A stretch of 32,000 bases of DNA from Parasynechococcus marenigrum WH 8102 (lineage in GTDB: Bacteria > Cyanobacteriota > Cyanobacteriia > PCC-6307 > Cyanobiaceae), in assembly GCF_000195975.1 (NCBI RefSeq), contig NC_005070.1:390001-422000 (forward strand), read 5' to 3'. The translations under genes were made by a program, and so were the position numbers. Positions within the stretch are counted from its first letter, which is position 1. Each line of letters begins with the position of its first letter. Under the pieces are notes generated by a model that did no database searches, was not told the DNA's origin, and saw only the letters and a list, made by a program, of their open reading frames with translations. This document shows positions 24,668 to 32,000 of the stretch, piece by piece.

Positions 24668-25956
24668 GACGCGCCAAGGAGCTGCTGCTCCAACAGCTCC
24701 AATTGCTCACGGGCCAGCTGTTGTGCAAGCCGGTGGCGGCGTAGATGCAGATCCCAGGCTTCTCCCGCTTGCATGGGCAGTTGAATCGCTTCCCGCCTCC
24801 AGCTGGGACTGGTGCTCCCATCACGTTCCAGCAGCCGTTGGCGCAGCAGCGGACGCCAGGGGCGCTGCTGGCCCTGTTCCCGGGTGGCGGTGATCGCCTC
24901 GAGCAACAACGCCTCTTGCTCGTCATTGACAAGGTGGCCGAGGGCCTGGGCTGCGGTGTTGCGGACCTCTGGATCGTCGCTGTTGAGCAGGTGCTGCCAG
25001 ATGGTTCGAGCCGCTTGCCGGTCGCTGCCTTGCAGCAGTCGAGCTGCGTTGTCCTCCAGCCAGGGGCTGGAACAACCCAGCTCATGGCAGCGTTGGATCA
25101 GGCGTTGGCTGAGCAGGCTGGCGCCGCATTCCCGGCAGGCGACGATTTCGAGCAGCACTCGATCCATGCCTGGATTGGCCTTTCTGTCGGTCTGGCCCAG
25201 ATGTCGTGGCGGCCAGCCCGCCTGCAGACAGCTCTGAATCAGCTGGTTCTCCAGTTCCGCCGCCTCCCTGCTCTGGTGGTTGTGCAGCTCTAAGGCGTCC
25301 GTCGCCAATGACTGGATCGTTGGGTCGGGGTGCTGTTGAGCGCCCCGCCAGAGCTCCTGGATCTCCTGCCACGACGAGGGCTCTGGGTCGCTTGGGCTCG
25401 CTTTAATCCAGCCCTGCTGTTGGGCCAGCTTGAGCAGGCGATGGGTCTGGGGTGCCGTGGTGCTGCGTTGATGGTTCAGGGCTTGCTGCAAGACCGCCTG
25501 CAGGGCTGGTGGTGGTGAGCCCTCTTCCGCAAGCTCCAGCAGCTCTGGCTCCACGACCCCCTGCTCGTCGAATTGTTCACGCACCAGGGAGAGCATCTTG
25601 ACAGCGGCTGCGGCTGCACCGCTGTCTTCACCGGCCTGCAATTTCCTCCAGATCGCTGCTGCGCGCCAGGACTGCTGTTGGTGCACCAGGGCGCGGGCTC
25701 GGTTGTCCTCCAGCCAAGGGGACTGCCAGCCCGCCAGATCGGCAATCTTGATCAGCTCGAGCGATAGATCAGCCCGTTCAGCCTCGCGGCAGTCGATCAG
25801 TTCTTCCAGCAGCTGCGGTTCCGTGGCAGCTCCTTGGGCCGGAAGATGCCGGGGTTGCCAACCGACTAGGGCGCAGTGGCGGCGCAGGGTCTCGCTGAGT
25901 CGATCAGCCTGTGGGAGCATGAACGGAGCAGGGCCGAACGGGCAGTCGATGTCCAT
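24664..25956 (-). CDS. Helical repeat protein with an internal duplication (WLEDNxAR module), unknown function
   Basis: Two large repeats are each introduced by GW(Q/P)PRHL. Each contains ...CRE...S..LI....G..SPWLEDN(R/A)AR.L......AA.IW..L. The start is ATG 25956 or ATG 25920 (MLPQADRL). The gene is translationally coupled to the RgpF-like gene. Confidence 0.6.
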   Translation of the reverse strand: MDIDCPFGPAPFMLPQADRLSETLRRHCALVGWQPRHLPAQGAATEPQLLEELIDCREAERADLSLELIKIADLAGWQSPWLEDNRARALVHQQQSWRAAAIWRKLQAGEDSGAAAAAVKMLSLVREQFDEQGVVEPELLELAEEGSPPPALQAVLQQALNHQRSTTAPQTHRLLKLAQQQGWIKASPSDPEPSSWQEIQELWRGAQQHPDPTIQSLATDALELHNHQSREAAELENQLIQSCLQAGWPPRHLGQTDRKANPGMDRVLLEIVACRECGASLLSQRLIQRCHELGCSSPWLEDNAARLLQGSDRQAARTIWQHLLNSDDPEVRNTAAQALGHLVNDEQEALLLEAITATREQGQQRPWRPLLRQRLLERDGSTSPSWRREAIQLPMQAGEAWDLHLRRHRLAQQLAREQLELLEQQLLGAS

Positions 25957-27904
25957 TCTCTACGTCTGCCACGGCCATCCGCGCTACGCCAAAGGCGGCG
26001 GTGAGCTCGCTGCCTGGCGGCTTTTTCAGGCCTTCGAAGCGGAGGGAGCTGCTTTTCTGGCGGCGGCTCCATCACTTGCCGTGATGCCGCCCGGTTGTGA
26101 GGTGATGTCGGCGGGGCCGCGGCAATGGTTGATTAAACCGTCCCTCTCACCGTTGCAGCACGGCACGGAGGTGAGCCTGCAGGACGGTGGTGCGCTGCAT
26201 CAAGCCCTGGCCGATCTGCGACCGGAACTTGTGCATTTGCACCACTACGTGCATGTGGGGATCGATCTGGTGCATGCCCTGCGGCGCTGGTTCCCCCAGG
26301 CTGGGTTCCTGTTCACCTTGCATGAATACTGGGGACCCTGCGCCTATGAGGGTCGCCTGCTGCGTCGCTCCGGCGAGCTCTGTGCTGGACCCGAGCCGGA
26401 GGTCTGTGTGGAGTGCGTGGGCCCGGAGCAACGGGTGGATCTGGCGATCCGGCAGCTGCGCTTGCAGCGGATGTTTGCGGCCATCGATCACTTACTCTCC
26501 CCCAGCCTGTTCCTCAAGCAGCGCTATGAGGAATGGGGGTTGGACCCCCACCGCATCAGCGTGGTGGAGAACCTGCCGGCGCCAGCCCCAGCGTCAGTGG
26601 AATCAGGCGCCAACGCGGGGAGCGATGCACTGGTGCTGGGGTATTTCGGCCAGGTGAACCCCTGGAAAGGTCTGGAGTTGATCCTGCAGGCGGTGCAACG
26701 GGCGCGTCGCCGTTGCGGGCAGCTCAGCGTGCAGCTGCATGGCTGCGGTCCGGCCGACCTCGACCCCAGCACTTCGCCCTACCCGGAGTTGGCCGGTCGC
26801 CTGGCCGCGCTAGTGGAACAGTTGGGGCCGGAGGCTGTGCAGCTTTGCGGCCGCTACGACAGCGATCAACTGGCCGATCGCATGGCCGGGGTCGATGCGG
26901 TGCTGATGGCCTCCACCTGGTTTGAAAATGCGCCGATGGTGATCCAGGAGGCGTTTCAGCACGGCCGGCCGGTGCTGGCTCCCCGGCTGGGTGGGATGGC
27001 CGAGAAGGTGCAGCATGAACTGTCCGGGCTGTTGTTTGCGCCAGGTGATCCAGCGGATCTGGCACGGACGATCGAGCGTTGTATCGATGAGGTGGACCTG
27101 CTGCCTGGCTTGCAGGCGCAGGTGCTGCGGATGCCTCTGAAGGGTGCCCGCAGCCTGGAGCAGCACCGACGCCTTTATGCGCGCTTTCGTGGGTCGTCCG
27201 CAGCTGCGGAGCCGTCGCTGGCCGAATGGGAGCCGGCTCTGCTGGAGGACCTGCGCCAGAACTTTGAGCCGCTGGGGGCCAATTGCGAGCTCGGGTTTTT
27301 GATGGGTCGGCTGGGGATTCAACGCTCCAGCCTGTTCCGCTGGTTGTTCACGCCGTTGGCGAGCCTGGAAAAGGTGTTGGCTGAGGGCCTGGAACGTTTC
27401 TTCAGTGAACCGGTGGCGGTCACTGATCCGGTGATGGCGGCAGACATGGTGGTGGACCAGCGCACAGGAATCTTTTTCCATGCCGGGGAGTTGCGGCAGC
27501 AGCTGGAGCAGGCGGGAAACAATTCCGCTGCCTTGGTTCAGGTCCGGGCTGGAGAGGCCTGCCGGGACCAACGGGGCAAGTACCGCTATCTGGTGGAGAA
27601 GTTCCTGGCGTCTGTGCCGGTGGCCTCCACGCTGCACGTGTTTTCCGATTTCCATCGCGAGCTGAATGAGGCGGCGATGCTGCGGATCCATTCCCGCCTC
27701 AGGGATCTCGGCAAGCCCCTGGGGTCCACGCTGCTGTTTGTGCAGCCAGCCGATGGCTCGACGGAGGTGAATTCGGTGCGCTGCCTGGGCGATGGCCTGC
27801 AGCTCGCTGCCATCCGGCGCTTTGCGCCGGGGGAGCACGCCGATCAGATCGATCTGGAGGCCTGGATCTCGCTGCTCAGCCTTTCGCGTCAGTTGTCCAG
27901 CTGA
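25949..27904 (+). CDS. GT4 glycosyltransferase with a Cys-rich insert, fused to a C-terminal DUF1796-like domain
   Basis: The N-terminus is MSILYVCHGHPRYAKGGGE. The donor-binding block is STWFENAPMVIQEAFQHGRPVLAPRLGGMAEKV..SGLLF. A C-terminal 230 aa (from about 27221) begins PLGANCELGFLMGRLGIQRSSLFRW. That resembles the SLGxNCxxxxxL...FDW opening of DUF1796 (putative papain-like fold) proteins. The ORF-track start at 25598 is antisense shadow. Confidence 0.85.
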   Translation: MSILYVCHGHPRYAKGGGELAAWRLFQAFEAEGAAFLAAAPSLAVMPPGCEVMSAGPRQWLIKPSLSPLQHGTEVSLQDGGALHQALADLRPELVHLHHYVHVGIDLVHALRRWFPQAGFLFTLHEYWGPCAYEGRLLRRSGELCAGPEPEVCVECVGPEQRVDLAIRQLRLQRMFAAIDHLLSPSLFLKQRYEEWGLDPHRISVVENLPAPAPASVESGANAGSDALVLGYFGQVNPWKGLELILQAVQRARRRCGQLSVQLHGCGPADLDPSTSPYPELAGRLAALVEQLGPEAVQLCGRYDSDQLADRMAGVDAVLMASTWFENAPMVIQEAFQHGRPVLAPRLGGMAEKVQHELSGLLFAPGDPADLARTIERCIDEVDLLPGLQAQVLRMPLKGARSLEQHRRLYARFRGSSAAAEPSLAEWEPALLEDLRQNFEPLGANCELGFLMGRLGIQRSSLFRWLFTPLASLEKVLAEGLERFFSEPVAVTDPVMAADMVVDQRTGIFFHAGELRQQLEQAGNNSAALVQVRAGEACRDQRGKYRYLVEKFLASVPVASTLHVFSDFHRELNEAAMLRIHSRLRDLGKPLGSTLLFVQPADGSTEVNSVRCLGDGLQLAAIRRFAPGEHADQIDLEAWISLLSLSRQLSS

Positions 27905-29261
27905 GGCGGTGGAGTTGCAGTTGGCCGGGCTGATGCAGGGGCTGCAGCAGCAGCCCGTTGAAGGGGATGGCGTGGTTGATCTCGAGCAGGATGCGATTGA
28001 AGCCAGGCTGCACCGGATGCTCCACCACCTCCAAGGGCGCGCTCATGTTGGGGCAGTGGCGCAGCACCGTCAGGGTCAACTGGCTGGCCTGGTCGCTGTT
28101 GAATTCGATCAGCAGCTGGCCCTGGGGTGGGGAATTGAGCTGATGGATGTGAATCACTGGCACGGTTCCGATGGCCTCGAGCCGGCAGCCCTCCCCTTTG
28201 ATTTGCCGGAGCTCGCGGTTGTGGATGGCGTCTCCCACCTCGTGGAACAGCAGACTGTGACTCTGGGCCTGGGCCTCAGCCCAGCGCTGGGTGATGCGGG
28301 GGTGTGAGCGGCAGGCCAGTTGGGCGGCGAGGGCTTCGGTAAAAGCGTCTGAAGGCTGGTAGTCCGGCCGGGTGATCACACTGCGCAACAGCATCGAGCA
28401 GCCGTTGGCGTCGCTGTCGACACCGGCGAGGTAGCGCTCGGTTTCCGAGGTGATCAGCACATCGGGCTTGTAGAGCTCCACCAGGTCCGGCTGGAAATAG
28501 GGCCCCCGGATATAAAGCACATCGCGGAAATCCTGCGCGAAGAGATGCAGCAGGGTTTTGATGAAGCTGTCTCCGAAGAGCACCAGCCGGCGAGTCGTGC
28601 GGCTGAGGGGGTTGTGCAGCATCACTAGATCACCGGTGTTGCCGGGGAGGGCATCGGTGTTGGCGTAGGGCCAGGCTTCCCCGATCCAGGGGAAGCACAG
28701 GCCTGGGTTTGGCGTGTCGCGGCCCAACATCGCTCCAAGGTCACCGAGGCGGGGCTGCTGGCTGAGTCTGAACTGTGGAAACTCGCTGGAGAGGCCTGGC
28801 AGATGTTGACCAATGGCCTGGTACAGCGCCAGTTGGCCTGCTGCATTGATGTGGGTGTCATCGGCCCAGTAACTGCTGCCGCGGCATTCCGCTGCGATCA
28901 GGGCATCGAGTGGGTAGAGCACCTGCTCCTGGATCGGATCGCGTTGGCGCAGCAGTGGCGCGTAGGCGTTGAGGAACAGGCTGCGAATGTTGCGTTTGTA
29001 GGGCTGAGGCAACTGATCCCGCAGCACGAGGGGTTTGCAGGGCACCACCACATGCAGGTAGGGGATGCTCAGATGCGCTGCCCAGCCGCGCCGCTGGCGC
29101 AGGTTGCTGAGGAAGTTCTCCTGCGACTCGGGCAGCACGATGGCGGCGCCGGTGAGGTAAGCGAACTGGTTGTAGTTGCCTTCAAACAGAAACAGCTGGC
29201 CGTTGTGACCGATCAGCACGTTGTTGCTGACACAGCCTGGCTGCAGCCGTTCGCAGGGCAT
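27876..29261 (-). CDS. AlgJ/AlgX-like (SGNH-like, DHHW-type) putative polysaccharide O-acyltransferase with an extra C-terminal beta-rich domain
   Basis: YWADDTHINAAGQLALY resembles the DTHW block. Family-typical blocks RRLVLFGDSF and KPDVLITSETERYL are also present. ATG 29261 forms an ATGA overlap with the beta-barrel gene stop. No N-terminal TM segment or signal peptide is visible. This is a recognition-level call. Confidence 0.6.
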   Translation of the reverse strand: MPCERLQPGCVSNNVLIGHNGQLFLFEGNYNQFAYLTGAAIVLPESQENFLSNLRQRRGWAAHLSIPYLHVVVPCKPLVLRDQLPQPYKRNIRSLFLNAYAPLLRQRDPIQEQVLYPLDALIAAECRGSSYWADDTHINAAGQLALYQAIGQHLPGLSSEFPQFRLSQQPRLGDLGAMLGRDTPNPGLCFPWIGEAWPYANTDALPGNTGDLVMLHNPLSRTTRRLVLFGDSFIKTLLHLFAQDFRDVLYIRGPYFQPDLVELYKPDVLITSETERYLAGVDSDANGCSMLLRSVITRPDYQPSDAFTEALAAQLACRSHPRITQRWAEAQAQSHSLLFHEVGDAIHNRELRQIKGEGCRLEAIGTVPVIHIHQLNSPPQGQLLIEFNSDQASQLTLTVLRHCPNMSAPLEVVEHPVQPGFNRILLEINHAIPFNGLLLQPLHQPGQLQLHRLSWTTDAKG

Positions 29262-30724
29262 CAGAAGGCCAGTTCGGTGTAAATGCCAACGCGGGTGCGG
29301 CAATCACTAAAGGTGGTATTTTCGCGATTGCGGCATTCCTTGAGGTCAAAAGACTGATCCAAGGTTGGATTGACTCCTTTTATCGGATTCAAAGCTTCAA
29401 TCGAGATAGTCCAAGGGACTCGTTTGAATGGCTTGAGAGATACACCCAGGTCGATGTCGGTGCCGCTGTACTTGGCGTAGATGCCGAACCAGGGCCAAGG
29501 TGCAAAGCCGATGGATGCGATTGGTCCCACGTACACCTGATGGATGCAGTTTTCGTCGACGGCGGACACCGGTTTGCCGGCAAAGATCGAACGGTCGGCG
29601 CAGACAAAGGCCGAAGAGACGCCAGCGACATCGGGGTAATAGACATATCCCGATCGCTTGTCGTCGTATCGGTCTGCGAAGAGTGACGGGAAGAGGCCGC
29701 CACGCAAGGACTCTGGGTAGGAAATTGTGCCGATGTTGGTTTCGTTGTTGAAAACATCACTCATCAACCCCAGCGATACGGAAATGATCGGTGGTTCCAT
29801 CGTGTCGTTCAGACGAAATACCTTGGTGCCGAAGAGGGCAAAGTTTCGAGGCAAGTCGGTGGTTTCATCAAAGTGAAACAGCCTGTAGCCCGCAAAGGTG
29901 AGACCAAATGTTTGGCCGAGGTTTTTGGAGAGAACAAAACCAATTGATTGGCCCTCACCGAACTTGGTGCCAACGTCGTCGTCTCCAAAGGTTTGATCGC
30001 CAATCGTGAAATTGAACGGTGACCCTTCGCCGCTGAGGCTGTGCATGGTCCAGTGCAGATCAAAACTCAGGGCTGGTGAGTTCCACAAGCGAACCCGCGC
30101 TTCCAGCATTCCGTCGGCGCATTGGTCGAGAAAATCACCAGTTCGGCAATTCGGGGGACCAATGCGGGAGTCATCGATCGCAATCAGCGCAGCATTCACC
30201 CAGCTGTCTGGGTGACGCTGGAGCGCATTAAAGCCAAGATTGGGATAAACAGTGTCCCCAATCTGAATCATCGACCCTCGGGAATAGGCTGTGCGGTAAT
30301 AAATCTGATCAGCTTCGCTCATTAGCTGACCGTTGGGCCAGCGAAAACCTTCTTCATTGACTTCCTGATTTGATTTGTCTCCTTCAGTCTCTTCATCCGC
30401 AATGGCGATATTTCCTCTTTCATCTGAAGCATCTTGATCAACAGTTGGTTCCGTCCAGACCAACTGATCTGGCTCCAATCGTTCTTCTTCAGGGCTCAGT
30501 GGCTCCCAGATCTGAGCATTGGCCGGTGCATCTGTTGTGGGAACAGGTTTCCAGGAGTTGACCGTAGTCGTTCCAAGGGTGCTGGGCTCGACCGTCTGCC
30601 ATTGGGTCTGGGCCTGCAAGGCAGGGACACATCCCATGGGGACTGCAAGAGACACAGCCGCAACGCGGCGGTACAGCGACAACCGAACCCGAGACAACAA
30701 CTCAGGCCTCCAGCGTTGGATCAA
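29261..30724 (-). CDS. Outer-membrane beta-barrel protein (unknown family) with an acidic N-terminal linker
   Basis: The signal-like N-terminus is LSLYRRVAAVSLAVPMGCVPALQA-QTQ. Amphipathic strands alternate (FGLTFAGYRLFHF, WTISIEAL). The C-terminus is RVGIYTELAF, with the terminal Phe typical of BAM substrates. No SLH domain is present. GC is lower than in the flanks (hand counts of 40-50% in two sampled lines). The TTG start at 30724 is uncertain. Confidence 0.7.
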   Translation of the reverse strand: MIQRWRPELLSRVRLSLYRRVAAVSLAVPMGCVPALQAQTQWQTVEPSTLGTTTVNSWKPVPTTDAPANAQIWEPLSPEEERLEPDQLVWTEPTVDQDASDERGNIAIADEETEGDKSNQEVNEEGFRWPNGQLMSEADQIYYRTAYSRGSMIQIGDTVYPNLGFNALQRHPDSWVNAALIAIDDSRIGPPNCRTGDFLDQCADGMLEARVRLWNSPALSFDLHWTMHSLSGEGSPFNFTIGDQTFGDDDVGTKFGEGQSIGFVLSKNLGQTFGLTFAGYRLFHFDETTDLPRNFALFGTKVFRLNDTMEPPIISVSLGLMSDVFNNETNIGTISYPESLRGGLFPSLFADRYDDKRSGYVYYPDVAGVSSAFVCADRSIFAGKPVSAVDENCIHQVYVGPIASIGFAPWPWFGIYAKYSGTDIDLGVSLKPFKRVPWTISIEALNPIKGVNPTLDQSFDLKECRNRENTTFSDCRTRVGIYTELAF

Positions 30725-32000
30725 TCAGCAACCACCCGGCTAGTGGCGTTCCTTGCAGAGCCAGTTGCTCCCGTAGTTGTTGCAGTTGTTGGCGCTGGGG
30801 GGCGCCGGGTGCTGTGACCAGCAGCTGAGTGCTGCAGGTGCGACTGGCGAGCAGGTCGCGGCTGACTAGGAGCTTTCGATTGCCAAGAGCTGCGACGAGG
30901 GCCTGCTGAAGCTGCTCAATTTGGTTGTTGGGGAAGTTGCCTACGGGAATCAGAGCGACTGACTGAGCATCAGCGAGGGGACCCTCTGCCAGCAGCTGTG
31001 CTGTGCTGCTCCATTGCTCTGGAGCCATTGCCGGCAGACGCTCCAGCATTGGGCAAGGGAGCAAGGTTTTGAGCTCGTCTTCGCTGAAGACAAGGCCGCT
31101 GCGGCGATCGCGGATCAGGGCGGCGCCACAGCCCAGGACGAGCCCTCCAAACAGTCCCAAAGCCACCATCCGTTTCTTGCGGGGCGCAACTGGCTTGTCG
31201 AGCACAGTGGGGGTTGAAATCAACTCCCATGGATCGGTCTGACGGGCCTGATCGAGCTTGAGGCTTTGCAGCTGCACCTCAAGTTCAGCCAGGGTTTTCT
31301 CGTCCCTCAGTGCCGCCCGCACCAATTCGCGGTGTTTGAGCACCACCTCGCGAGGCCTCGTGAGAGACGCTAGCTGGGCCTCCGCTGTGATCAATTCGCC
31401 TTGCAGCAGTCCGATGGTCTGCTGGTTGATGTAAGCGATCAACCCACTGCGTTCGCGTTGAAGGCGTTGAATCGACTGATCCTGCGGGGTGAGCAGCGCT
31501 GACTGCTGCTGAAGTCTGGTTTCGACGCGCTGGAGCTGTGAGTAGATCTCAGTGTTTGCGGCCAGCTGGGGGGCTTTGTAAAGGGTGGTGTTTCCTGAAC
31601 GTTGTGCTGCAGCAATCCGCTGACGCAGGGCATTCACCTGATTCTGTGCTGCTTCGCGGCTGGCTTCCACAGACCCACCGTTCGTGCTTCCAGTCGCTCC
31701 CGTGGGCATGCCGTCTTGAATGCCAAGCCCATTCGCCAGGGCGTAGGCCTGAGCAGTGCGCATGGAGGTGGCGGATTGCTGGCGCAGCTTGTCGATTTCC
31801 TGTTCGAGGTAAGCCACGCCCTGGGTTAGGCCCCGGCGACGGTCTTTGCCGGAATACTCCTGGTAGGTGCGGGTGATGCGTTCCAGCACCGGCAGGATCA
31901 AATCTTCATCGGTGTCGCGATAGGTCAATGACAACACCGATGTGCCTTTCACCAGTTCAATCTCCAAGCTCCTGGTCCAATCGGTAATCACCCATTTGCT
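30702..32000 (-). CDS. Polysaccharide co-polymerase (Wzz/GumC/ExoP-like, PCP-2 type) with a degenerate C-terminal kinase-like domain. Partial; the N-terminus is probably beyond the right edge.
   Basis: The periplasmic Wzz-like start is VLSLTYRDTDEDLILPVLERITRTYQEY. A long coiled coil follows, then the second TM segment MVALGLFGGLVLGCGAALI. The roughly 135-aa cytoplasmic tail ends LLVTAPGAPQRQQLQQLREQLALQGTPLAGWLLID. The first TM helix expected for PCPs is not in the window. Confidence 0.8.
   Translation of the reverse strand, partial: SKWVITDWTRSLEIELVKGTSVLSLTYRDTDEDLILPVLERITRTYQEYSGKDRRRGLTQGVAYLEQEIDKLRQQSATSMRTAQAYALANGLGIQDGMPTGATGSTNGGSVEASREAAQNQVNALRQRIAAAQRSGNTTLYKAPQLAANTEIYSQLQRVETRLQQQSALLTPQDQSIQRLQRERSGLIAYINQQTIGLLQGELITAEAQLASLTRPREVVLKHRELVRAALRDEKTLAELEVQLQSLKLDQARQTDPWELISTPTVLDKPVAPRKKRMVALGLFGGLVLGCGAALIRDRRSGLVFSEDELKTLLPCPMLERLPAMAPEQWSSTAQLLAEGPLADAQSVALIPVGNFPNNQIEQLQQALVAALGNRKLLVSRDLLASRTCSTQLLVTAPGAPQRQQLQQLREQLALQGTPLAGWLLIDPTLEA

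Noticed and set aside
26810-27838. A 342-aa minus-strand ORF inside the GT4-DUF1796-like gene, and the 25598-25948 upstream extension of that gene
   Set aside because: Its composition is shadow-frame like (Q/R/H/P-rich). The extension overlaps the repeat-protein gene on the other strand. MSILYVCHG at 25949 is a typical GT4 start.
1-32000. Scan for CRISPR arrays, tRNA/rRNA genes, transposases, integrases and obvious long direct or inverted DNA repeats
   Set aside because: The intergenic spacers are very short, mostly under 80 nt. The only long spacer (13416-13602) shows no cloverleaf-like or repeat-spacer structure. No ORF has recombinase or transposase motifs. This was a visual scan only, so short or degenerate repeats could have been missed.

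Overview
The window is about 60% GC by hand counts of sample lines. It is densely packed with genes whose stops and starts often overlap. I infer a marine Synechococcus-type picocyanobacterium from composition and protein content, not from any search. Nearly all 32 kb is a cell-surface glycan and secretion island, interrupted by one housekeeping gene (purB).

From left to right:
(1) A minus-strand operon has a NeuA-type cytidylyltransferase followed by three translationally coupled paralogs of an uncharacterised glycosyltransferase-like family. The last paralog runs off the left edge and is missing from the ORF track.
(2) Divergent from it are kpsC and a kpsS gene fused in frame to a PlsC/OlsA-type acyltransferase domain.
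(3) Convergent with that is an OlsB-like N-acyltransferase, acyl carrier protein and KAS II operon.
(4) Next come a Wza/KpsD-type polysaccharide export protein and purB.
(5) An islet of about 0.85 kb at roughly 40% GC encodes a 217-aa KGK-repeat protein with no signal peptide and a textbook intrinsic terminator.
(6) A GT4 glycosyltransferase and a hypothetical gene follow.
(7) A type I secretion-like operon encodes an ABC protein (cNMP-binding domain plus a C39-like domain that looks non-catalytic), HlyD, a small membrane protein and a parvulin PPIase.
(8) More glycan genes follow: repeat-module-GT2, RgpF-like, a repeat protein, and GT4 fused to a DUF1796-like domain.
(9) The last operon encodes a PCP/Wzz-like protein (partial at the right edge), a beta-barrel outer membrane protein and an AlgJ/AlgX-like protein.

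I saw no tRNA, rRNA, CRISPR array, transposase or integrase.

The most interesting candidate system is the KpsS-acyltransferase fusion together with the OlsB-like/ACP/KAS module. It looks like a dedicated lipid-anchor pathway for a Kdo-primed surface glycan.
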